Of a stretch of 32,000 bases of DNA, positions 8,380-17,852 are shown piece after piece (within the stretch, counting starts at the first letter, position 1; each line of letters begins with the position of its first letter). This DNA is from Promethearchaeota archaeon (GTDB lineage Archaea > Asgardarchaeota > Lokiarchaeia > Sigyniarchaeales > Promethearchaeaceae), in the NCBI GenBank assembly GCA_016933055.1, contig JAFGBS010000004.1, positions 150,001 to 182,000 of the forward strand. Reading direction: 5' to 3'. The notes beneath the pieces were generated by a model. That model made no database searches, was not told where the DNA came from, and saw nothing but the letters and a program-made list of their open reading frames with translations. Both the position numbers and the translations under genes were made by a program.

Positions 8380-9933
8380 TTATGGGCTAATCCGAATTCT
8401 TTCCCATGTCTTATATTTTGATATTAATTTTTCCCTCATGTCTTTTCTGGGTTGAATGGTTTGTAAATGATCCTTGTAATACACATCAAGGTCCTCGAGC
8501 GAGGTGATTTTACCATCTGCAATGTCACATAACATTAACAATCCTTTAATACTGGCTTCATGAGATCCGAGTCGAGAAAATGGTGTTCCAGTTATGTCTG
8601 CGAATCGTTGACATAATATTTCAGATCGAGATGCCCCTCCAGTAACCGAATAGTATGGGGTCTTAATTTGACCAATTTCTTTTGCATAATCGATATTTCT
8701 CATTACAGCAAATAGGATATTATCATAAACTGCGGCAATGAATGCATTCTGAGATGAAGTTATCTCTTCCACTCCTCCGGGAGTTGGGAGATGGAATTGA
8801 GCATTTCCTAATTCGGTTTTACTTTGTGCTAATGGTGAGGGTCCTAAAAACGCATAGACTGCTTGTTCTTTTAATTCATCCACCGAAATCGACTTTTCAT
8901 GAGCATCCCATTCAACATATCGGTTTTGGATATAATTAAATTTATCATTCAAACTTGACAGTTTCGATGGAGCATAGAGATTAGCAGCCCAAATTAAAAT
9001 TTGTCCGGTCATTCCTGTATTTGGTTCGATAATATATGCATCACATAGATTTTTAACTACATACAGTGAAGACCATGTGCGTTGATCGGCATCGATAATC
9101 AGTTCTTCAGTCAGTGCTTGAACAGGAGCAGTGCTTCCTAACACTGCCCCAATAGAACCTGTTCGAACACATCCCGATGCCAATAATGCAGATTGGGTAT
9201 CTGGTAATCCCGCAACTAACTCAGTTTCTGATGAGACTCCGAGTTTGTACTGGATTTCTTCTGAAACATTTCCAATAATTTCTCCAGACACCACAGGAGG
9301 TGGAAAAAATTCCTCGGGTAAATCTAAAACATCATACCACCCATTATGCCAAAACCGGGAAGATAAATCAAAAAATCCACTTTCAGCCGCACTGGTAATA
9401 TTAACGTGTGGTTCTCCTCCCATTCTTACTAGAATCCAGCTTTCCATAGGTAAATACTGTGTAATAAATTTTCCCTCGTCTAAACAATAGGGATTTGCTT
9501 TAATCCAGCCAAATTTCGCATGAGGGAATAAGAGAGAGGGGAAATGACCTGTGCTTTCATAAAAACTTTTACCTGAAATTTCCTCGAACTCCGTGTCGAT
9601 CTCTTCGGCAACATCAATTCCTCTCCCATCAAAGGCACTCGCAATGAACAATGCTTCGTTTTCTTCATCCGTAAACACACAACTCGGGCGAATTCCGCAA
9701 GCACTGATAAATCGGATGTCTTTTGGATTAATTTTTGCTTTTTTAATGGTAGTTCTCGTTAAAGAGATTAAATCATTCCAGAATGTGACAGAATTACAAG
9801 AGCGTCCAAAACCATCTTCGGTTACCGAGATTTCCGGAAAGATTTTTTTTATTCCAATTATATTGTTAGACTCATCCGCGATGGCACATTTTAAAGCTCG
9901 GCTACCCGCATCGTAAACCATCCGATACCGCAT
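8380..9933 (-). CDS. FGGY family carbohydrate kinase (LsrK/xylulokinase-like, substrate unknown)
   Basis: YDAGS phosphate-1 motif, DGRG, TSAAESGFFDL, GLPDTQSALL, VLGSTA, TGGASRS. Confidence 0.9.
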   Translation of the reverse strand: MRYRMVYDAGSRALKCAIADESNNIIGIKKIFPEISVTEDGFGRSCNSVTFWNDLISLTRTTIKKAKINPKDIRFISACGIRPSCVFTDEENEALFIASAFDGRGIDVAEEIDTEFEEISGKSFYESTGHFPSLLFPHAKFGWIKANPYCLDEGKFITQYLPMESWILVRMGGEPHVNITSAAESGFFDLSSRFWHNGWYDVLDLPEEFFPPPVVSGEIIGNVSEEIQYKLGVSSETELVAGLPDTQSALLASGCVRTGSIGAVLGSTAPVQALTEELIIDADQRTWSSLYVVKNLCDAYIIEPNTGMTGQILIWAANLYAPSKLSSLNDKFNYIQNRYVEWDAHEKSISVDELKEQAVYAFLGPSPLAQSKTELGNAQFHLPTPGGVEEITSSQNAFIAAVYDNILFAVMRNIDYAKEIGQIKTPYYSVTGGASRSEILCQRFADITGTPFSRLGSHEASIKGLLMLCDIADGKITSLEDLDVYYKDHLQTIQPRKDMREKLISKYKTWERIRISP

Positions 9934-10011
9934 AGATTATATCTATTGATGTTTATCTTTAAAAATCAGTATGAAGAAAATAAAAAGAAAAAGAACCTAA
10001 TAGATTTTCAT

Positions 10012-10425
10012 TTAGTATAAATCAGTGTCGATTGCTACTACACAATTGACTAACTCTTGGGCAGCTTTTACAGCACGCATTACTTTACCCATATTTCCTT
10101 TAAGCTTGAATTTTCCTTGCATAAGCCCTTGAATAGGGTCTATCTTTTTCTGCAGGAGTTTTTCCCAGTTTGTCCAAGGGCCTGAATATACAAATTCAGA
10201 CTCTACCTCCTCACTAGGATTTAAAATTCTAGCTCCCTTGGGGCCAATTTTTCCATGCCAGAGATCAATATACATGCGGATTTCGTGGTCTAGATTTCCC
10301 GCAGGCTCACATACAAATACAAAATCACCTTCCCAAGTTTTTGCGGCATCCTCGTACGCTTTACTTGAGTTCACCGACTCCTTATAAGCTTCAATCCATT
10401 GTTCTGTTCCAAATAGAATTCCCAT
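10012..10425 (-). CDS. Stand-alone SCP2 sterol/lipid-binding domain protein
   Basis: FGTEQWI...WEGDF...YIDLWHGK...SGPWTNWEKLLQKKIDPIQGLMQGKFKLKGNM is a typical prokaryotic SCP2 family sequence. Confidence 0.88.
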   Translation of the reverse strand: MGILFGTEQWIEAYKESVNSSKAYEDAAKTWEGDFVFVCEPAGNLDHEIRMYIDLWHGKIGPKGARILNPSEEVESEFVYSGPWTNWEKLLQKKIDPIQGLMQGKFKLKGNMGKVMRAVKAAQELVNCVVAIDTDLY

Positions 10426-10496
10426 TTATATCACCGTTTTTCAATATGTTTAGGGGGTATAAAAATGTTCATTTCAGAAAAAAATAAAAATATAGG

Positions 10497-11681
10497 TTAA
10501 AAATCCACATCTTTTTGCTCAAAAGCATGCACAAATAATTTTTTAAACTCTTGACTTCCAGCCCCCCGAGGACTCATAGCTGCGCTGGGAGACTCCAAGC
10601 ACCATTCAGCCATCTGATCAACATTTTCATCGAGTTGAGTACGTGTGATCATCTCATTTAGCGAAGGGAGATTAACTACTTTCTGTAATCGTTTTATTTC
10701 ATCCACATACTTCTTTGCTGCATTCATATCAGAGTCGTCCCATTTAGCTACCCCTGCTCGTTTAGCAAAGGTTCCTAATATCTGTTTTGTGGCATCAGAA
10801 TTGGGATCATTCAAAATATATTGTAGCACATATGGTAAGAACATTCCCACCGTAAGACCGTGAGGGATATGAAAAGTTGCACCTAATACATGACCCAGCG
10901 CATGACCAAGATGAACTTGTGCATTACCAAAGGCCAATCCTGCCATATTTGCAGCGATGTGAAGTTTTTCGCGAGCTTCCATATCTGTCCCATCCTTATA
11001 CACTATCGGTAAGTATTTTTGGATTAATTCAAATGCTTTTAGAGCCATTGCTTCACTATACTCATTCTTCCATAAAGATACTATGCATTCAGAAAGGTGA
11101 GCCATTGCATCGAAGCCGGTGGAAGCTGTTAGTTTGAGTGGCATGGATTTTACGAATACTGGATCTAAAATCGCGATAGTAGGGATCATTTCCTTATGCA
11201 CTTGTTCAAGTTTTATATCTCCCTTATCGGTTTTTCGTGTGATAATGCTAGCCCATGTGGTTTCTGCACCCGTACCAGAGGTCGTTGGGATTGCAACTAA
11301 CTTAGCTTTTTCACCCAATTTTAGTTTTATAAACGGATATAGATCATCAATTCCCAAATCCGGTCGTTCATAAAACACCCAAACGGCTTTAGCTACATCC
11401 ATAGGTGAGCCTCCTCCTAAAGCTATAATCAAATCTGGTTTATATTCTTGACATTGCTTTGCTGCTTTAAGTATGGTCTCTTCTCGAGGGTCTGGTTCAA
11501 CTTCACTGAATATATTCCATTCTTTTTCAAGTTTTTTTAATTTATTAGTGAGAATGTCGATTAATCCAAATTTGATGATACCTTCATCTGTAATAATGAA
11601 ACAACGCTTTTCATCCAATTCTTCTAAATAATCGATGGCATCTTCACCGTACACTGTCTTTGGAGCATAGAAATACCACAT
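10497..11681 (-). CDS. Iron-containing alcohol dehydrogenase
   Basis: GGGSPMDVAK, IPTTSGTGAE, DAMAHLSE, HLGHALGH and HG metal ligands. Confidence 0.95.
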   Translation of the reverse strand: MWYFYAPKTVYGEDAIDYLEELDEKRCFIITDEGIIKFGLIDILTNKLKKLEKEWNIFSEVEPDPREETILKAAKQCQEYKPDLIIALGGGSPMDVAKAVWVFYERPDLGIDDLYPFIKLKLGEKAKLVAIPTTSGTGAETTWASIITRKTDKGDIKLEQVHKEMIPTIAILDPVFVKSMPLKLTASTGFDAMAHLSECIVSLWKNEYSEAMALKAFELIQKYLPIVYKDGTDMEAREKLHIAANMAGLAFGNAQVHLGHALGHVLGATFHIPHGLTVGMFLPYVLQYILNDPNSDATKQILGTFAKRAGVAKWDDSDMNAAKKYVDEIKRLQKVVNLPSLNEMITRTQLDENVDQMAEWCLESPSAAMSPRGAGSQEFKKLFVHAFEQKDVDF

Positions 11682-11788
11682 TGTTTTTCATCCTTTTATG
11701 ATCGATAGTGATCCTTCCGCACTGGATTAAATAAATATTTATATTGAAGTTATGTGAAAGAAAGACTATCTACCTATGCATGTGAATA

Positions 11789-12172
11789 ATGATGAATCCA
11801 GAAGAAGAAGAAAATTCCTTTCAATTATTTAAAGATGTAGTCATCACCGCTATACAAGAGAAGGAAAAAATACCCAAATGGAAAAGGAAATTGGAGAGTG
11901 CAAATATCAAGGTAAATTTCCGATTACTAATCAGTGAAAATGATACGGTATATACTAATTTAGTACTGAAGAAAGGTCAATATTCCGTAAATAAAGGTAA
12001 GCTCGAGGATTATACTATCGAAATAGTTGCAAATCCGTTGGATCTTGTATGGTTTGTAAGTAAAGAAAAAAGTATTTTGAAGATGTTTACCAGTGGAAAA
12101 TGGAAAATTAAAGGTCTCCTGTCACATCCTTTTAAATCATTGTTTGTCGCCAACTTACTGGTATACCAATAG
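11789..12172 (+). CDS. Small SCP2-fold protein (divergent)
   Basis: beta-strand pattern VNFRLLI...TNLVLKKGQYSVNKG..EDYTIEIVANPLDL...KMFTSGKWKIKG resembles the SCP2 fold. Confidence 0.6.
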   Translation: MMNPEEEENSFQLFKDVVITAIQEKEKIPKWKRKLESANIKVNFRLLISENDTVYTNLVLKKGQYSVNKGKLEDYTIEIVANPLDLVWFVSKEKSILKMFTSGKWKIKGLLSHPFKSLFVANLLVYQ

Positions 12173-12179
12173 AAAGGAG

Positions 12180-14027
12180 TTAGAAATTAGCGTACTCCTC
12201 TATTCCTAACTCCTTGATTAATGAGTCCATTGGTCTGCCAGTTTTTGGATCCCAGTTAAGATATTTGTAATATTCCGAAAATAGCAAATTCGTATCAGGT
12301 ACTGCTCCTTCTGTCCCTCCTTCCAGGGGCGTAACTAAAATCTTAGGAATATATTCCATTTCCCGGGTAAATCCCATTTTCAAATTAAAAAGTCTCTTTA
12401 ATGCTAAGACACGTTTTCCGATTAGCTGGATTCTTTCAATATCATAAGGTAATCCCGTGCCCAGCTCGATCGTTTTAGCAATCTGTTCGGTGGGAGGATT
12501 TGCAAATACACACATACCATAAGAGGAGTAAAAAGCTCGATATTCCATCGATCTGGCAGCACTTATCGCCATTTCAGGAGTATTATCATGAGAAGGAACC
12601 ATTTCAATCCCTACTTCTTCTCGGGACAATCCTAATGAGACCATGTACATATCGCATGCATTGTGAGAACCTCCATAATGAGGAGAAAGCCCATAGGCGA
12701 TGGCCATTCCGTGCGAAGCTCGCATATCATGGTAAATCACTTCTGAATTATTGATGACACCTATTTGGTCTTTATTAATTCCAAAATGAGCACCAACTAC
12801 ACTGGATCCCCCTGCGATAAGATCTCCGATTCCCTGTCTTTTTGCAATTTTGTGAATTAGTTCAAATACAACTTTCATATTTCCCCAGTGTAAATCCATT
12901 CCATCTAAATCTTCAGCAGTGATTTTCCCTCGATCTACCAAGTCCATTAAAAACGCAATGGTTCCACCTGTAGATACTGTATCAATACCAAGATCATTAC
13001 ACATATAATTTGCTTTTATTATTTTTTCCAGACTGGAATTTTGCATCATCGAGCCAAAACTGGCAATAGTTTCGTACTCAGGACCCGAAATCTCTTCATT
13101 AGGAAGGTTTAAATCATTTTCTCCTAAGGATATCACTCTCCCGCATCCAATAGGGCAGGCGTAACAATGTCTCTGTCTCTTTAAATAATTTTCAGCCATA
13201 GTTGCTCCAGAAATATTATCTTCCTCAGGGAATTCTGTTCCTCTCCAATAATTTACCGGTAATTCCCCCGTCATTGAATACAAATTCATATTTGCCGCTG
13301 TCCCCAATCCCCCCATAACTTGATGGGTATACACTTCCATCATCTCTTTATTTACTTGAAGTACAAATTTCTTGAATTCTTCTGGGTTAGCCACTTCAAC
13401 TTTTTTAGTGCCTAGTGCAATAATTGCTTTTAATCTCTTTGATCCCATAACCGCACCCATTCCAGTTCGACCAAAAGCGCGGGTATCTCCACCAATAATG
13501 GCATACTTTACAAGGTTTTCACCACCTGGACCAATACATAATACTTTTGCTCGTTTTCCTAGAGTTTCCGATAAAATCTCAGAAGATTCAAAGATCCCCT
13601 TCCCCCAAATATGAGACGCGTCCTTAATCTCAGCTTTGTCATCTGTTATTTCTAAGTATACTGGTGTATCTGAGGTCCCTGTAATTAATACGCCATCAAA
13701 ACCTGCACGTTTTATCATTGGAGCTACATAATTACCTGCATTAGACTCCCCTAAAATGCCGGTATACGGGGATTTAGCACAAACAACTAATCTACCCGTA
13801 CAAGTTGCAAGTGTACCAAGAAGTGGACCTCCCATAAAAAAAAGAACATTTTCCGGTCCTAGGGGATCTGTATTCTTATTTAACATTTTAAATAAAACGG
13901 CGGTAGCGTATCCTGCCCCTCCTAAGAAAAGTTCCACCAATTTTTTTTCCAATGCTATAGTTGAAATTGATTTTTCAGATAAATCAACCTTCAATATCTT
14001 ACCCATATATCCTTTCATGAAATCCAT
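12180..14027 (-). CDS. aor: Tungsten/molybdopterin aldehyde:ferredoxin oxidoreductase family protein
   Basis: KSPYTG, GFDG, IGPGGEN, GRTGMGAVMGSKRLKAI, CYACPIGC, GPEYET, DLGIDTVS, final cluster Cys in GMCVF. Confidence 0.95.
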   Translation of the reverse strand: MDFMKGYMGKILKVDLSEKSISTIALEKKLVELFLGGAGYATAVLFKMLNKNTDPLGPENVLFFMGGPLLGTLATCTGRLVVCAKSPYTGILGESNAGNYVAPMIKRAGFDGVLITGTSDTPVYLEITDDKAEIKDASHIWGKGIFESSEILSETLGKRAKVLCIGPGGENLVKYAIIGGDTRAFGRTGMGAVMGSKRLKAIIALGTKKVEVANPEEFKKFVLQVNKEMMEVYTHQVMGGLGTAANMNLYSMTGELPVNYWRGTEFPEEDNISGATMAENYLKRQRHCYACPIGCGRVISLGENDLNLPNEEISGPEYETIASFGSMMQNSSLEKIIKANYMCNDLGIDTVSTGGTIAFLMDLVDRGKITAEDLDGMDLHWGNMKVVFELIHKIAKRQGIGDLIAGGSSVVGAHFGINKDQIGVINNSEVIYHDMRASHGMAIAYGLSPHYGGSHNACDMYMVSLGLSREEVGIEMVPSHDNTPEMAISAARSMEYRAFYSSYGMCVFANPPTEQIAKTIELGTGLPYDIERIQLIGKRVLALKRLFNLKMGFTREMEYIPKILVTPLEGGTEGAVPDTNLLFSEYYKYLNWDPKTGRPMDSLIKELGIEEYANF

Positions 14028-14090
14028 ACGCGAAGATCAATCCTCATCCATAATAATCTTATTCTACCTAATGGATAAAACAATAATATA

Positions 14091-14597
14091 ATGAAAATAC
14101 TCCCGGTAGAAAACAAAGATCTTCTTGATTTAGCTGATATAGAAAAGGAGTTGTTTAAGGAAGATGCCTTTGGGGTGTTTTTATTATTTCACTACTTGGA
14201 AAATAATATTATATTTAGCAAGATATTAAATGAAGAAGAAGTGTTGATCGGGTTTGGAATTGTTGCTGAATTAAATCAAACTATCCTTAATCCACACGAA
14301 TTGAAATTCATAAAGAAAATAGAGAATCGAAAAGGATCGATTGCCCATTTAGTTGATTTTGCTATCAGAACCGAATTTTGGCATAAAGGGTATGGGACAC
14401 GACTACTTAATCATCTATCAAATATACTTAGAGAGATACACTACGATTGGTTCTATTTAGAAGTGAATACTTCAAACAGACGGGCAATTGAGTTTTATAA
14501 ACATAATAGATTCAGAGAAATTGGAACTATCTCAGCATATTATTCAACAGGACAAGATGCGATTTTGATGCTCAAACACTTGAATCAATCAGAATAA
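14091..14597 (+). CDS. GNAT N-acetyltransferase, RimI/Ard1-like
   Basis: FAIRTEFWHKGYGTRLL (acetyl-CoA motif A), LEVNTSNRRAIEFY, YYSTGQDAILM. Confidence 0.85.
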   Translation: MKILPVENKDLLDLADIEKELFKEDAFGVFLLFHYLENNIIFSKILNEEEVLIGFGIVAELNQTILNPHELKFIKKIENRKGSIAHLVDFAIRTEFWHKGYGTRLLNHLSNILREIHYDWFYLEVNTSNRRAIEFYKHNRFREIGTISAYYSTGQDAILMLKHLNQSE

Positions 14598-14702
14598 TTA
14601 GAAAAATCTTAAGAAATCTTGTCAAACAATATTTTATTTAGGTTAATTAATCCTATTGAATCTTGATTATTACTAACACAAACCAAATAAAAGTGAATAA
14701 AT

Positions 14703-14864
14703 GTGTCTGAAAAACCGAAAATCACCGATGAGGATTTAAAAGCAGGTGCGGAGAACCTAGCAAAAGTCTCTGAGGAAGAACTCAAGCGTAGGGAAGAAGA
14801 GAAAAAAAAACGCATGGAAGAACTAGAAAAAGTTAAAGCTGCTTATGAGAAAGTTGGTCAGTAA
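14703..14864 (+). CDS. Small charged helical protein, 53 aa (not in ORF track)
   Basis: GTG 14703 to TAA 14862-14864: MSEKPKITDEDLKAGAENLAKVSEEELKRREEEKKKRMEELEKVKAAYEKVGQ. Purine-rich codon usage like neighbouring genes; followed by a T-rich tract. Confidence 0.7.
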   Translation: MSEKPKITDEDLKAGAENLAKVSEEELKRREEEKKKRMEELEKVKAAYEKVGQ

Positions 14865-14880
14865 GTATCCCTCTAGCTCA

Positions 14881-14925
14881 ATTTTTCATTTTTTTCATTT
14901 TCCTCTCTTATTTTTCCGTATTTTA
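14881..14925 (+). terminator. Putative oligo-T archaeal terminator
   Basis: atttttcatttttttcattttcctctcttatttttccgtatttt directly after the small ORF stop. Confidence 0.4.
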
Positions 14926-15000
14926 CATATGGTATCTTTATGATAGTCTTGAAAGAATAAAGTACATTAAGTATATACAATTTTCAAATCTGACCTCGAA

Positions 15001-16089
15001 ATGCAAATCATGTATAATGACCAAAAGAAAGGAGAAATAAAGGTACTCGTGGAAGAGTTAGAAGATCTCTGGTCATTGTACAATATCATAAAACCTGGAG
15101 ATATGGTCAAGGCGCGTACTTTTCGCCGGGTGGTTCTTCGTGATGGAGATACAGGAGAAAGAAAACCTATGGTTCTGCAAATCCAAGTAGAAAAGTGTGA
15201 ATTCCATGAATATTCCAATAGGTTACGAGTTTTGGGACAAATTCGTGAAGGACCAGATGATTTCGTTTCTATTGGGCAATATCACACTTTGAATCTCGAA
15301 AAGGGCACCAAGGTACTCATTATTAAAGACAAGTGGTATAAACACGAATTAAAGCGCCTTGAGAAATCCACTCAATATTCATCAAATAAATTTGTACTAG
15401 TAGCCGCAATAGAATCTGGATTGGCTACTATTGGGATAATAAGCAATTACAGTTTGACTATTATTTCTACAATTCGACATAATATACCCGGAAAACGGTA
15501 CCGAAACCAAAGTAAAAATAAGAGTAGAGAAGAAATCCAATTTTTTGACTCGGTTACGGGGGTCATTATTGAGAATGTTAAAAAACAAGAAATTACAATG
15601 GTTATAATTTGTGGTCCAGGGTTCCTAAAGGAACAATTTAATCAATATTTACGAACAACCGTTGAAAAGGAGAAATTAACACTTGAAATTCGAATTGCAT
15701 CTGCAAGTTCAGCAACAGAAAGTGCGATTAATGAAATCATAAAGAATGGCACAATCGCCGGTTTTATTGCGGATCACCGATTAACAATCGAAACGCACTT
15801 AATGGATGAGTTTATTGAACGATTAGGGAAAGACAATGGATTATTTACATATGGTTTTAAAGAAACACTTATAGCAGCTCAATTAGGTTCCGTTCAAGAT
15901 TTACTTATTACAGATCAAGTACTAAGATCCCAAATTAATAAGGAGGATCGAAAAAACCTGGAGGAACTATTCTATTTAGTTGAAAATGGAAGAGGGATTA
16001 TACATATCATCTCAACTTTACATCCTGCCGGGGATCAACTTCATAATTATTCTGGAATTGCGGCATTATTGAGGTTTAAAGTTCAATGA
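15001..16089 (+). CDS. pelA: mRNA surveillance / ribosome rescue factor Pelota (Dom34)
   Basis: EELEDLWSLYNII, GQYHTL, IPGKRY, ICGPGF, L7Ae-like C-domain ending HPAGDQLHNYSGIAALLRF. Confidence 0.96.
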   Translation: MQIMYNDQKKGEIKVLVEELEDLWSLYNIIKPGDMVKARTFRRVVLRDGDTGERKPMVLQIQVEKCEFHEYSNRLRVLGQIREGPDDFVSIGQYHTLNLEKGTKVLIIKDKWYKHELKRLEKSTQYSSNKFVLVAAIESGLATIGIISNYSLTIISTIRHNIPGKRYRNQSKNKSREEIQFFDSVTGVIIENVKKQEITMVIICGPGFLKEQFNQYLRTTVEKEKLTLEIRIASASSATESAINEIIKNGTIAGFIADHRLTIETHLMDEFIERLGKDNGLFTYGFKETLIAAQLGSVQDLLITDQVLRSQINKEDRKNLEELFYLVENGRGIIHIISTLHPAGDQLHNYSGIAALLRFKVQ

Positions 16090-17132
16090 TCCTCGTGGAT
16101 GAACAATCAGAGATTCCTTTATTCGGATTAGATTTCATGGGTATTCTTGATAGAGGCACAAATTTGCTGGAAATTAAACCCATTACCGTATGTAATTTAA
16201 GATGTAAATATTGTTTTGTTAATGCTCATTTTGGAAACACACCGATGAAATCTGATACTTCATCAGAAAAATCCAACACCTTCATGATTCAAACGGATTA
16301 CATTATAAAATGGTTAAAAATTGCCCTAAAATATAAAAAATGCAATGATACAGAAGTACATATAGCACCATATGGTGAGATTTTTCTTTATCCGGATTAT
16401 CTCGACCTATTCCAAAAGATTACACGTCTACCTCAAGTGAAAACACTATCTATCCAAACGAATGGTACACTCCTCACAGAAAAAATAATTGATAAGTTGG
16501 AAAAAGTCGGAGTAACTAGATTAAACATATCATTAAATACCTTAAATGAAAAAAAAGCGTCTATCTTAAGTGGAATACCTCATTATGACGTTTCGCACCT
16601 CCTCCGAACTATGCATTATATAAAATCCTCTTCTATCGACTTACTGATTGCACCGATTTGGTTTTTCAAATATAATGATGAGGACATCAAGCAAATTATC
16701 GAACTTGCGCAGGATTTAGTAAAAGACGGGTATGATCCACCAACGCCATTATTAGGGATCCAAAATTATCTGATATATAAAACTGGTAGAAAATTTTGGA
16801 AAGTACAACCTCATTCATTCGATTATTTTTATAAAAGATTATCACAATTGGAAAATAAATATAACATTAAACTAAAAATAGGGCCGTTAGATTTTGACAT
16901 TCATCCAGCGGAACCAATTTCTGCACCTGTTGAATTTGGAACGAAAATATCAGTCAAAATCCTATGTCTGGGTCGATCAAAAAACGAATATATCGGATCT
17001 TTAAATGACATGTGGGCTGTAAAAGTCCTATCAAAAATTCCATTAGCTCCCCAAAAAATCATATCGGTCACTGTTATTAAACAAAAACCCAATGAAAATT
17101 TAATCACCGCTACATATTCAGGAACTTTTTAA
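16086..17132 (+). CDS. Radical SAM protein (archaeal COG2100-like) with C-terminal TRAM-like region
   Basis: GILDRGTNLLEIKP then CNLRCKYC (CX3CX2C), IQTNG, RLNIS; ATGA overlap with the pelota stop. Confidence 0.88.
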   Translation: MILVDEQSEIPLFGLDFMGILDRGTNLLEIKPITVCNLRCKYCFVNAHFGNTPMKSDTSSEKSNTFMIQTDYIIKWLKIALKYKKCNDTEVHIAPYGEIFLYPDYLDLFQKITRLPQVKTLSIQTNGTLLTEKIIDKLEKVGVTRLNISLNTLNEKKASILSGIPHYDVSHLLRTMHYIKSSSIDLLIAPIWFFKYNDEDIKQIIELAQDLVKDGYDPPTPLLGIQNYLIYKTGRKFWKVQPHSFDYFYKRLSQLENKYNIKLKIGPLDFDIHPAEPISAPVEFGTKISVKILCLGRSKNEYIGSLNDMWAVKVLSKIPLAPQKIISVTVIKQKPNENLITATYSGTF

Positions 17133-17232
17133 ACACCTCCATTTTTTTAAAACGTATTTTGATTTTCGACAAAAGAGACTTTCGGACTTTATATCTATTG
17201 TAATTTATTCATATAGGACATATTGATAGGAG

Positions 17233-17805
17233 ATGTTCCATGAATTGAAGTCAAAATCTATTATAAATAAGGATGTCTTTTTCTGTTTAAATCCGATATC
17301 AACGTCCTCTGAAAAGAGTTACACGGAGAATTTATTGGATATGAATATAAAACTACACCGTACATTTACAAATTCCCATATATACCTTATGCAGTTATTT
17401 TTTAAGTTTTTCTTGTTTATGCCCATTCTTGTGTTTTTTAATAATCATTCCGTATTCTACTTTCTCTCTACCAGAGATATAAAATTAATAAATGCAAAAT
17501 TGCACCAACAAAAAAGCATGTTCATGCATAAATTCACAAAACAAGTTTATTTCATTGCATATCAAGAACCGATTCGATTGGTTCAGTTAATTAATAACCT
17601 TTTTCCTCATGTAAGATTATCTCCTATTGAATATCAACTACATCGGATTGAAAACACATACTTTGAAATCTATGTATATGTCGAAGAAAATCGAATAAAA
17701 TTTTGTCTTGGTAAAGAAGGTCGGTATATCCAAAGCGTTAATGAACTTTTAAGTACTCTTTTAGATAAAAGAATCAAAATATATCTAAGGGTTTTAGCTT
17801 TTTAG
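17233..17805 (+). CDS. Divergent archaeal NusA-like two-KH protein (start may be ATG 17341)
   Basis: KQVYFIAY...LINNLFPHVRL and IYVYVEENRIKFCLGKEGRYIQSVNELL align by eye with the archaeal NusA linker and KH2 (GxxG); the KH1 GxxG is not recognisable. Confidence 0.55.
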   Translation: MFHELKSKSIINKDVFFCLNPISTSSEKSYTENLLDMNIKLHRTFTNSHIYLMQLFFKFFLFMPILVFFNNHSVFYFLSTRDIKLINAKLHQQKSMFMHKFTKQVYFIAYQEPIRLVQLINNLFPHVRLSPIEYQLHRIENTYFEIYVYVEENRIKFCLGKEGRYIQSVNELLSTLLDKRIKIYLRVLAF

Positions 17806-17852
17806 GATACAAGGTTTTTTTAGTGTACGTGCCAAATTGATACCAGAGAAAT

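Noticed and set aside
8380-9933. Calling the FGGY kinase LsrK (AI-2 quorum sensing)
   Set aside because: No lsrACDB, lsrF, lsrG or lsrR in the window; family-level similarity only.
6651-11681. 5'-deoxyadenosine / MTA salvage (DHAP shunt) as the cluster function
   Set aside because: That route needs MtnA isomerase and MtnP or MtnK (not an FGGY kinase), none of which is present here.
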